This document shows, piece after piece, positions 47,260-55,898 of a stretch of DNA of 64,000 bases. Origin of the DNA: an uncultured Acidimicrobiia bacterium (GTDB taxonomy: Bacteria; Actinomycetota; Acidimicrobiia; Acidimicrobiales; AC-14). The stretch spans positions 64,001 through 128,000 of the forward strand of contig CAWIIV010000024.1 of assembly GCA_963836205.1 (NCBI GenBank), read 5' to 3'. Below the pieces are notes generated by a model, which saw only the letters and a program-made list of their open reading frames with translations, did no database searches and had not been told where the DNA came from. Positions within the stretch are counted from its first letter, which is position 1. Each line of letters begins with the position of its first letter. A program made the position numbers and the translations under genes.

Positions 47260-49212
47260 GTGGGACTGACGGCGCTCGGGGGGTGGGCGCTGGTCCTGGC
47301 CCTGGTGGCGGCCTGTGGCACCGCCGCCGCCTCGTGGACGGGGGCGGTGGACTGGGGCCGGCGGGGGCTTGCCGTCGTGTTCGGGCTGGTCACGGTGGGT
47401 GTGGCGGCCTTGGCCTGGGCCCTCGTGGGCCAGGACTACTCGCTCGTCTACGTCGCCGACCACGCCAGCCGGGACACCACCTGGCCCTACCGGCTGGCCG
47501 GCCTGTGGGGCGGGATGGCGGGCTCCCTCCTGCTCTGGACGTGGATGCTCGCCGGCTGGGCCCTCCTCGCGTCGACGTCGGTGCGGCGGCGCCTGCCCGA
47601 GCTGGCGGGCGGGACCCAGGCGGTGCTGGCCCTGGAGGCGGCGGTGTTCCTCGGACTGCTGGTGACGGTGTCCCGCCCGTTCGCCACCCTCGCCGTGCCC
47701 GCCATCGACGGTGGCGGCCTGACGCCGATCCTGCGCCACCCGGCGATGCTCTACCACCCACCACTCCTCTACAGCGGCTACGTCGGGCTGGCGGTGCCGG
47801 CGGCGATGGCCGTCGCCGCCCTCGTGTCGCGAGCGGCGGGGGACTGGCTGGCCGTCGCCCGCCGATTCATGGTGGCCAGCCTGGTCCTGCTGGCGGTGGG
47901 CATGGTCGCCGGCGCCCACTGGGCCTACGTCGAGCTCGGGTGGGGCGGCTACTGGGCGTGGGACCCGGTGGAGAACGGGGCCCTCATCCCATGGCTGGCG
48001 GGCGTCGCCTTCCTGCACTCGGCCATGGTGGCTCGTCGCCGCGCCGACAGCACGGCCGCCTCGTCCACCCACGGGTTGGCGTTCCTCGCCTTCGGGCTGT
48101 CGCTCCTCGGCGCCTTCCTCACCCGGTCGGGGACGACCGCGTCGGTTCACGCCTTCGCCGAGGCTCGGGCCGTGGGCCGGGTTCTCCTCGCCGCGCTGGC
48201 GGTGACGGCGGTCGCCCTCGTCACCCTGATGGTCCGCCGACGGGCCCCCCGGCCGACGCCGGCGCCATCGCCGGTCGCGCCCCTGACGCAGGCGGGCGCG
48301 GTTCGGGCCAACAACGTCCTCCTCCTGGCCGTGATCGTGGTGGTCGGGTTCGGGCTGCTCTACCCCGTCCTCACCGGCGACGACCTGGTCGTCACCGGCC
48401 GCTACTTCGCCATCGTCACCGCCCCCCTCGCCCTGGGCGTCCTCGCCGCCGTCGGCGTCGGCCCCCGCCTGGGATGGCGCCCCCGGCCGTGGCACGAGGT
48501 CCGGGCCCGCCTCCGTCCCGCGGGGTGGGGACTGGCCGCGGCTCTGGCCTTGGCCACCGTCACCCTCGACGACCATCGCCCGCTCTCCCTGGCCATGGTC
48601 GGCCTGGCGGGAGCCGCCGCCGCCCTCACCGTCGCCGAGTGGCGCAGTCGTCGCCGCGCCCTTGGAGCCAACGGGGCAACAACCAGCGGTCGCGCCCGGG
48701 CGCACGCGGGCGGGCTCCTCGCCCACTTCGGCGTCGCCGTCCTCCTGGCGGGCGTCGCCGGCACCGCCACCGGCGCGCACCGCACCGCCAGCCTCGTCCC
48801 CGGCCAGTCGATGGCCCTCCGCGGCTACACCCTCCGCCTTGACGAAGTCGTCCCCGTCCCCGCCCCCGACGGCGGACGGGCGGCCCAGGCCACCCTGGCC
48901 GTCGAGCGCCACGGCCGTCACGTCGCAACCCTCCGTCCCGTCGCCCTCATCGCCAGGTCGGGCGACCGGGTGTCGGAGGCGGCCCTCCGCTCCACACCGG
49001 TCGAGGATCTCCAGGTCGCCCTCCGCACCGTGTCGGGCGGGGGTGGGGCGGTGGTGGTGGAGGTCTTCGTGGTCCCCCTGGCCCAATGGGTGTGGTGGGG
49101 AGCCCTGCTGGTCGCCGCCGGGATCGGCCTGTCTCGACACGACCAGGACCGGGGCTGGACCTCGACAGCCGCCGGGTCGAAGGTGCGGTCAAGCGCATCT
49201 GACCTACGCTAA
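47260..49212 (+). CDS. ccmF: Cytochrome c biogenesis heme lyase CcmF family
   Basis: HPPLLY.GY, WAY.ELGWGGYWAWDPVEN, LTRSG and SVHAF motifs. Confidence 0.92.
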   Translation: MGLTALGGWALVLALVAACGTAAASWTGAVDWGRRGLAVVFGLVTVGVAALAWALVGQDYSLVYVADHASRDTTWPYRLAGLWGGMAGSLLLWTWMLAGWALLASTSVRRRLPELAGGTQAVLALEAAVFLGLLVTVSRPFATLAVPAIDGGGLTPILRHPAMLYHPPLLYSGYVGLAVPAAMAVAALVSRAAGDWLAVARRFMVASLVLLAVGMVAGAHWAYVELGWGGYWAWDPVENGALIPWLAGVAFLHSAMVARRRADSTAASSTHGLAFLAFGLSLLGAFLTRSGTTASVHAFAEARAVGRVLLAALAVTAVALVTLMVRRRAPRPTPAPSPVAPLTQAGAVRANNVLLLAVIVVVGFGLLYPVLTGDDLVVTGRYFAIVTAPLALGVLAAVGVGPRLGWRPRPWHEVRARLRPAGWGLAAALALATVTLDDHRPLSLAMVGLAGAAAALTVAEWRSRRRALGANGATTSGRARAHAGGLLAHFGVAVLLAGVAGTATGAHRTASLVPGQSMALRGYTLRLDEVVPVPAPDGGRAAQATLAVERHGRHVATLRPVALIARSGDRVSEAALRSTPVEDLQVALRTVSGGGGAVVVEVFVVPLAQWVWWGALLVAAGIGLSRHDQDRGWTSTAAGSKVRSSASDLR

Positions 49213-49217
49213 GAGTC

Positions 49218-49403
49218 ATGGCGGAAGACAGCTCCAGCCAGACGCCACTGCTCGACGAGTGGCGGGCAGAGGTGGGGGATGAGGCCGTAGCGGCGGCGGT
49301 CGAGGCTGCCCGCGCCGAGATCGCCGACGGCTCTCTCAAGGGCTTTTCCAGCAAGGTCGAGTTCCTCGAATACCTCGAGGGCTTACGCCGTCGCTCGGCG
49401 TGA
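49218..49403 (+). CDS. Small antitoxin-like protein
   Basis: 61 aa, acidic, 'ARAEIADG...FSS..EFLEYL' tail; its stop overlaps the next GTG. Confidence 0.55.
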   Translation: MAEDSSSQTPLLDEWRAEVGDEAVAAAVEAARAEIADGSLKGFSSKVEFLEYLEGLRRRSA

Positions 49404-49642
49404 CCTGGCGGATCTTCCTCACCAACTCGTCCCAGCCGGACCTTGACGCTCACCGCAGCCGACCGCGCCGCGCTCACCGAGGACCTCTTCGCCTGGGTGG
49501 AGACCGGGCCGCCCCGAACAAGGGGCCAACGCATCGCCGGTGTGCAGCTGTTTGACGATCGACTGCCATCGGGATCCGCGTGACGTACTTCGTCGACGAG
49601 CAGTTGCCCTACGTCGCCGTCGTCCGAGCACGGAGGCGCTGA
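49400..49642 (+). pseudogene. RelE-like toxin candidate with two compensating frameshifts
   Basis: Reconstructed: VTWRIFLTNSSQPDLD / LTAADRAALTEDLFAWVETGPPR...LFDDRLPS / IRVTYFVDEQLPYVAVVRARRR*; shifts near 49448 and 49573. Confidence 0.5.
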
Positions 49643-49677
49643 CCCGCTGCCACTCCCTCTGCGTCCGGTGCGGCGGA

Positions 49678-50631
49678 TCACGAGGCGCGGAACGTGCGCC
49701 GGTAGGCCTGGGGCGACGCCGAAACGGCGCGGGTGAAGTGTTGGCGCAGGCCGGCAGCCGAGCCGAACCCGCAGCGGTGGGCCACCCATTCGACGGGATC
49801 GTCGGTGGTCTCGAGGAGGCGCTGGGCGAGCAGGATCCGTTGGCTCAGGATCCATTGGTGCGGTGTCGTGCCCGTCGCGGCCCCGAACCGGCGGGCGAAG
49901 GTGCGAGGGCTGGTGCCGGCCCGGCGGGCGAGGTGTTCGACGCTGAGGTCGTCGCCGATGTGCTCGAGCATCCACCCCAGCACCGCGGCGAGGGGCTCGT
50001 GGCCGTTGGCGCTGGCGATCGGCAGGTCGACGAACTGGGCCTGGCCGCCGTCGCGGTGGGGCGGCACGACCATGCGCCGGGCGACGGCGTTGGCCACCTC
50101 CGCCCCGTGGTCGAGCCGGACGACATGGAGCATGAGGTCGATCCCGGCCGCGGTGCCAGCCGAGGTCATGACCCCGCCGGCGTCGACGTACAGCACCTTC
50201 GGGTCGACATGAACCTTGGGGTACTGCCGGGCGAACGCGTCGGCGTGCATCCAATGGGTCGTGGCCCGCTTGCCGTCGAGGAGGCCGGCGGCGGCCAGCA
50301 CGAACGCACCCGTGCACACCGAGAGCAGGCGGGCACCGCGGTCCCGGGCGGCGCGCAGCGCATCCAGCAGCTCCTCGGGTGCCGCGCCGGGGAAGGGGTT
50401 GGCCGGGATGATCACGGTGTCGGCCTCGGCCACCTCCTCCAGGCCGTACGGCGTGTCGATCACGACGCCCTCGGGGCTGAAATGGGGTCCGGGTACCGCC
50501 GCCGCCACCCGGTGGCGGTACCAGGGGTCGACCAGCTCCGATCGGTCGAGCCCGAACACCTCACAGGCCACCGAGAGCTCGAACATGGCCACTTTCGGCC
50601 CGATCACGGTCACAACGCGGTGCATTGGCAT
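49678..50631 (-). CDS. GlxA/FtrA-type AraC regulator with DJ-1 domain
   Basis: SVCTGAF, ATTHW, TSAG.AAGID, RDGGQAQF and AraC HTH. Confidence 0.95.
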   Translation of the reverse strand: MPMHRVVTVIGPKVAMFELSVACEVFGLDRSELVDPWYRHRVAAAVPGPHFSPEGVVIDTPYGLEEVAEADTVIIPANPFPGAAPEELLDALRAARDRGARLLSVCTGAFVLAAAGLLDGKRATTHWMHADAFARQYPKVHVDPKVLYVDAGGVMTSAGTAAGIDLMLHVVRLDHGAEVANAVARRMVVPPHRDGGQAQFVDLPIASANGHEPLAAVLGWMLEHIGDDLSVEHLARRAGTSPRTFARRFGAATGTTPHQWILSQRILLAQRLLETTDDPVEWVAHRCGFGSAAGLRQHFTRAVSASPQAYRRTFRAS

Positions 50632-50688
50632 GATTCTAGCGGAAGATGTCTTTCCTGCCACTTGTCTGCCAGACCGGCTAGGCGGAGC

Positions 50689-50934
50689 ATGAGTGCCATG
50701 CACCCCTACGTGGTCGAGCAGCTGGTCGAGGAGCGGCAGCAGGCGCTCAGGCACTTGGCCCGGGCCGATGGCGGCGCCCGGGCCGCCCGCCGCCAGGCCC
50801 GGGACTCGGCCTGGCGACGGGCCGTGGGCCGCGCCCTTGTCGCCGGTGCCGTCGCAGTCGGGGTGCCTCGGTCACAGCGACGGGCGGCGCAGTGCCAGGT
50901 CGCGACCACGCTCGGCTTCGAGACTCGCTGCTGA
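50689..50934 (+). CDS. Small hypothetical protein divergent from the AraC regulator
   Basis: MSAMHPYVVEQLVEERQQALR...; 81 aa. Confidence 0.55.
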   Translation: MSAMHPYVVEQLVEERQQALRHLARADGGARAARRQARDSAWRRAVGRALVAGAVAVGVPRSQRRAAQCQVATTLGFETRC

Positions 50935-51407
50935 CCCGAACGCCGTTCCGCCCCGGGCCGCGCACGGCCTCGGTCCACGTGATCCGGTACCGGGGCTGTT
51001 GCGCGTGACCCACAGACCGACGTTGCCTAGCCAAGTCACCGCACAGAAACATGATATGGACGCCCGTATGAATGGTGGACAGTGCTATGGGCATTTCACG
51101 ATCAGAAGAAGATTAGCTGGCGGCGCCCACCGTGACGACGATTACTCGATGGAGGGGCAGTGAAGCATCCTCTATCCAATTCGGCCACGCGGCGATGGTC
51201 CGCGCTTTCTGATATCTAGGTCTCGAATCAGACGGATCGGATAGGTGGGTGACCGAGGGACAGCGGTTCTTAACCTCGACCTCCGGAAGGGATCAGGTCC
51301 TCCCCTCCGGCGCCGCGCGGTCTCGGGGGTGCAGCCGGCCCAAGACCCTGTGCCCAACCATAGAGGCCGGGCACAGGGGTCGCATCGTCGTCAACTGGGT
51401 CGTTGGC

Positions 51408-54110
51408 CTATACTGGGCACCCCACAGCACGCAAAGCCGATTCCCGTGTTCGGATGTCACTGTGCTCCAACTGCTTCTGCAGTCGTGTACAACGGGATGT
51501 CGGCGTCGTCGTATTCACCGACGTGGCAACGGGCGGTGTGGTTGTTGTTGTAGTCGTTGAGAGGGTAGTGGTGGGACCCGCCGGGATGGACGTTGCTGTC
51601 GAACTGCCTGGGCTGGTAGCAACCGTTGTCGACGTAGTGCTCCCCGGCGGCGGACTACCGAAGCCCTGGATAGGCACGCCAGCGGTGCTGAATTTGACGC
51701 CTGTGCCAGTTTCGCATCCGGGAGGTCCGCATAGCTCAAGGCTGCCCACGAATCCGAATCCGAATAGACCACTTCGATACCGAAGTTCCCATGGCTGACC
51801 GCCGGCAGAGAACCGCACAGCAAGTACTTCCTGACCGGCGATAGTAGTCAGGCCAGCCTCTGTGATGGCCGTCGAAGGAATTGGTTGGCCACGGACGACG
51901 CCGGTCACGGTGCCGGTCGTTCCACCTGTGGTATTCGGGGAACCGGTCGCGTAGAGCGCCGACTCGTCGGTGTGGCCAGCGATAGTGAAGGGCACAGGAC
52001 GGAGTCCCCGAGATACCTGGACGCCTTCCTTGTCAACCACAGGAAATGGCGTCGGATCACAGACGTCACCAGTTCCGTCTCCATCATCATCTGCTTGGTC
52101 TGGATTGTTATCGTTCGGACAATTATCCAGTTCCTCAGGTATTTCGTCGCCGTCTATCGTAGCGCGAGCAATTGCCGTAGCTTCAGCGGTTAGGCCAGCC
52201 TCATCTGTTACGAACAACCCAACCATCCCGTCAAACGGGCTCGTGAAGACATGTGAAAGCGTCGGCGTAGTGGTTGTCTGGTCGTAAACAGCATCACCAT
52301 CGACATCCCACTCGTACTTCACAATCGCTCCATCATTGTCGAAGGATCCACTGCCATCTAATGTAACGGTGTCACCGACAGTCGTTAGGTACGGGCCATC
52401 GAGGAAGGCAAAGGGCCGACTAACGGCATCATTCACTATCTCCGTCAGTGCTGCCTCAATATCCTCTGGTGACGCAGACGGGATCACCCGACCGCCCGTC
52501 TCCCGCGCTACACGCTCCAGCTCCGGGCCGCCCGCTTGCCCGCTGGACGATACGTCGACTACATATACGTTGGCCGGATCGACCGCTCGTGCTGCAGCAA
52601 CTATGTCGGACGCAGTTAACCCGGTAATGGGCTCCGGATCAAGCGGTGGTGCGTCCCCCAGCTGGATAATGACCTTCTTGACCCCCGGGCGCCAGGGCAA
52701 ATCAATACCCGTCTTCAGGCCGGACCAGGCAGTTTCGGGCGTATCTCCTCCGTCGCCAAGATCAAGTCCCTGGATAGCGCGCTGAATGGAACTCTTGTCG
52801 TTCGAGAAGTTCAGGCGAATTCTCGCTGGGTAATCTCCAGATGAGCCCGTCCGCTCCGGAAAGTCGCGGTAGTCGACAACCGCAACTCGATAACTTGACG
52901 TTCGGAGCGATAAGTCATCGACGAACCGTGACGAGAACGCTTTTACGCCGTCGATGTCATCACCCATCGACCCGGTGGTATCGATCACGAATACGACGTC
53001 AATGCTCCCCTCGGGTGTGCCTCGCGGCGTCGGTTCTTCCAGGGCCGCAATTTTGCGAAGTATGTCGGCGTAAGCCTCATGTCCACGCGGATTCGGGTGA
53101 TACCACTCTGAAGTGATCCGAGTATCAAGAGCCTCATTAACCCATCGGTCAGGGTTACTACCGCTCGCCTCTGGCTCATGAGAAGGCGGGCCAGCGAATG
53201 CAGCCTTCACTTCCGAAAGACGGTAGAAGCCGCGTGTGCCGACTTCACTTCCAAGCACGCTATTGAAGACCGACCGTTGAATCTCATCTCCTCGTTCGCC
53301 AAGGCGGCGCACCTCTCGCCCAACGTCATAGCTGTCGCCCGTCAGGAGATTCGCGATAGTTAAGTCCTCATACCTTTCGAGGTAGGGATAGCCGAGCATA
53401 ACGATCTTGGTATCAGAGCGAGTCGCACCGATGATGCGCTCTAAGACGGAGACGAGATTGGCCCGGAACGTTGAGTTGAGCGTGTCATTGGCTTTCGTGA
53501 TTTGTTCACGACAACCGCCTGGGTCTCGGTATCCAATAATGAAACACTGCTTCACAATGCTCTCGAAACCGATATCGCTGCCGCCCAGCGTGAAGAGAAC
53601 AATGTCGTCGCTCCTACTCACAAGGTCGATCTGAGCTTTCAGCAATCGTCGGCAGCGAACAGTCGTCACATTGAGGCGCTCAACAAAGACCAGTCGCTCC
53701 TCCTCGGGGTATCCCGGCGAAGGACAAGTATGGCCGAGACCTAGGTGCAGAAAGGTTTCGACGCCCATGTCCCGCTCCTGTAGGACGTGAACCGACTCGG
53801 CGCCGCTACATGCATGATTGAGTGCGCTTACGCTGAACTTTGACTTTAGCGAGTCAGTGTACTGTGCGAACCAGTTCGCTGTACTTCGGAAGCATTTCCC
53901 CGGGCCATAGTACTCCTCGCCCCGAATACCAGAGCGGGCTCCGTTTCCAGCAGAGTACGAATCTCCAATTAGATGCAGCCTAAGAGGTTGTTTCGGCTCG
54001 GCGGATGCCTCCTCGGCAACGACGGTTGAGGCCAGGGTAGATAAGATGAGCGTCAAGCAACAAGCAATGGCTGTCCAAGCTAATGGCCGCCTATAGTAGA
54101 CATTCTTCAT
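51408..54110 (-). CDS. Secreted multidomain protein: SGNH/GDSL hydrolase + vWA + PKD + TSP3-like + Thr-rich tail
   Basis: Signal peptide; GDSYSAG, ACSGA, GGSD, YHPN; vWA MIDAS DTTGSM; PKD 'LDGSGSFD...YEWD'; DNCP..NPDQAD.D.DG.GD.CD; lower GC than the host. Confidence 0.88.
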   Translation of the reverse strand: MKNVYYRRPLAWTAIACCLTLILSTLASTVVAEEASAEPKQPLRLHLIGDSYSAGNGARSGIRGEEYYGPGKCFRSTANWFAQYTDSLKSKFSVSALNHACSGAESVHVLQERDMGVETFLHLGLGHTCPSPGYPEEERLVFVERLNVTTVRCRRLLKAQIDLVSRSDDIVLFTLGGSDIGFESIVKQCFIIGYRDPGGCREQITKANDTLNSTFRANLVSVLERIIGATRSDTKIVMLGYPYLERYEDLTIANLLTGDSYDVGREVRRLGERGDEIQRSVFNSVLGSEVGTRGFYRLSEVKAAFAGPPSHEPEASGSNPDRWVNEALDTRITSEWYHPNPRGHEAYADILRKIAALEEPTPRGTPEGSIDVVFVIDTTGSMGDDIDGVKAFSSRFVDDLSLRTSSYRVAVVDYRDFPERTGSSGDYPARIRLNFSNDKSSIQRAIQGLDLGDGGDTPETAWSGLKTGIDLPWRPGVKKVIIQLGDAPPLDPEPITGLTASDIVAAARAVDPANVYVVDVSSSGQAGGPELERVARETGGRVIPSASPEDIEAALTEIVNDAVSRPFAFLDGPYLTTVGDTVTLDGSGSFDNDGAIVKYEWDVDGDAVYDQTTTTPTLSHVFTSPFDGMVGLFVTDEAGLTAEATAIARATIDGDEIPEELDNCPNDNNPDQADDDGDGTGDVCDPTPFPVVDKEGVQVSRGLRPVPFTIAGHTDESALYATGSPNTTGGTTGTVTGVVRGQPIPSTAITEAGLTTIAGQEVLAVRFSAGGQPWELRYRSGLFGFGFVGSLELCGPPGCETGTGVKFSTAGVPIQGFGSPPPGSTTSTTVATSPGSSTATSIPAGPTTTLSTTTTTTTPPVATSVNTTTPTSRCTRLQKQLEHSDIRTRESALRAVGCPV

Positions 54111-54202
54111 CGAGCGCAAGCCTTTCACCGGCCAGAGGGCCATCGGGCTATTCCCTTCGTTGCAAGGTAGTCAGGGTGACTTGTGGTAAGCTGATTACAA
54201 TT

Positions 54203-54667
54203 ATGAAGCAGCAGTTTGGCCGCGTAGGCGTCTTTTTGGCCGCACTTATCGCGATCGGTACGGCCGGTGCGATCGGTTTCGCGATTATCGCTCGCGAGCG
54301 CCCGGCAGGGCCCGAGCTGCGGGTGCTGCAGAACGACCCGATGGCCTCTTGGACTCCACCAGGGGTCGTAGCCGGCTCGGAGGCGAGGACGGAAGAAGGA
54401 GCTGAGCAAGGGCTACTAAAGCCACGCTTAGCCAAGATCCGTCGAACAATGGCTGTCGAATCCGTCGAGGGCATTGTCGATGTGGCTGCAATCGCGGCGG
54501 AGGCGGCCGGGTGGCGAATTGAGAGCGTTAGAGACGACACCCTTCTAGCATTTAGGCCGGTCAGCGATTCAGGCACAGACCTCGGAACGGCGGCCTTGGA
54601 CATCGTTGCCATTAGCGCAACTGTGGACGAGCGGGCGCGGCTCGTGATCCAATTGCGGAAGCTGTAG
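54203..54667 (+). CDS. Hypothetical membrane-anchored protein (lower-GC islet)
   Basis: N-terminal TM helix, 154 aa, divergent from the SGNH-vWA gene. Confidence 0.6.
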   Translation: MKQQFGRVGVFLAALIAIGTAGAIGFAIIARERPAGPELRVLQNDPMASWTPPGVVAGSEARTEEGAEQGLLKPRLAKIRRTMAVESVEGIVDVAAIAAEAAGWRIESVRDDTLLAFRPVSDSGTDLGTAALDIVAISATVDERARLVIQLRKL

Positions 54668-55148
54668 TCAACCGGCACGCCGTTTCCTGCCTCGCCGCCG
54701 AGACCCCCGCCCGGTTGGGCAAGTTCTAGGCGAGCGAGATCATCAGCGTCAAGCGTGCGCTGGGAGAGATAGGAGCAGCCGCGGAGGTCGCGATCCGCGA
54801 GCAGGGTGGGTGACGTTCGCTGGCGCCACGGATGAGCCTCGCCCGGGCGTCAACCTCCGACTGAATGGTGCCGGGCGTCCTAGAGGCCGGAGAGCCGTCC
54901 CCTGACCGACCGTCGGTGTTGGGTTCCCCCGCCTAGGCGTGGCTAGTGCTGGACATCGCACTACGCTGCGACCAGGTCCCGTCAGATCGCGGGTTGTTGA
55001 GGGAGTAGCTGTCCGGCGGCGGCTACGGTCTTTCAGAACCGCAACTTTTCAGGTCGCCAGGGTTGGCGCGGCGTCGTGCACCAGACCTTGACCCCTCGCC
55101 GGGCGGCTGGTGAGATGGCTCATGCACGAGCAAGGAGGTTCTGTCCCG

Positions 55149-55451
55149 ATGGAGACCTCGTCCGCGGCCCCGGGAGGAGAGGTCCGCTCTCCCACCCTCC
55201 CCCTGCCGCCGCCCAAGGCGGACAAGATCACGATGGAAGAGTTCATCGAGGGCGCCACACGAGCCGTCCTGAGGGCCTTGACATCGGAACTCAACCCGCA
55301 GCCGCTCCCTCCGAAGGGAACGCCGCTGGCCGGAGAGGGCGGGGAGGCGTCCGGCTTGACCCGTCTCAATCCGCAGCCATTACCGCCGATCACCATCGGG
55401 CTGACCATCATGCCTTCCGAGATCGCGGAGCCCCGCGCCCACAAAGCCTGA
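55149..55451 (+). CDS. Small protein with two LNPQPLPP motifs (precursor-like)
   Basis: SD AAGGAGG; 100 aa with ITMEEFIEGATRAVLRAL helix, ELNPQPLPPK and RLNPQPLPPITIGL. Confidence 0.7.
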   Translation: METSSAAPGGEVRSPTLPLPPPKADKITMEEFIEGATRAVLRALTSELNPQPLPPKGTPLAGEGGEASGLTRLNPQPLPPITIGLTIMPSEIAEPRAHKA

Positions 55452-55456
55452 GGACG

Positions 55457-55888
55457 ATGGGCCAGCCGCACATCCCGCTGTGCCCGAGCGCCCCGCCCGA
55501 CCTGGAGGGCAGCGTCCTCATCGGCGTGGTGGGCGGGTCCCGGGAGCCCGGTGTCGTGGCGTACCTGGCCGAACCCCAGCCCGTCACCGCCGATCTCCTG
55601 GCCCACGCCGGTCCGCTCCGGCCGCAGTCGGTGTTCCGGTTCGCGGCGCCATGCCAGGCGGCGTGCGCTCACCGAGACGGTGCCGACTGCCGGCTCGGTC
55701 GCAAGATCGTCGACCTCCTCCCACCCGTGGTCGAGGTGCTTCCGCCGTGCGCGATCCGGTCGCGTTGCCGCTGGTGGGGACAGGAGGGCCGGGCCGCGTG
55801 CATGCGATGCCCGGCCATCGCCACCGAGCCATCGAACGCGACCGACAGTTTGCGACGAGCCGCCGATCCCGAGGTGCTACCTCGCTGA
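55457..55888 (+). CDS. Cys-rich (8 Cys) putative metal/Fe-S-binding protein
   Basis: CPSA...FRFAAPCQAACAH...CRL...LPPCAIRSRCRWW.QEG.AACMRC; 5 nt after the previous stop. Confidence 0.75.
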   Translation: MGQPHIPLCPSAPPDLEGSVLIGVVGGSREPGVVAYLAEPQPVTADLLAHAGPLRPQSVFRFAAPCQAACAHRDGADCRLGRKIVDLLPPVVEVLPPCAIRSRCRWWGQEGRAACMRCPAIATEPSNATDSLRRAADPEVLPR

Positions 55889-55898
55889 CGGAACTTCG

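Noticed and set aside
54670-55100. Possible structured ncRNA or riboswitch in a long intergenic region
   Set aside because: No recognisable consensus or convincing long stems by eye; an Infernal/Rfam scan would be needed.
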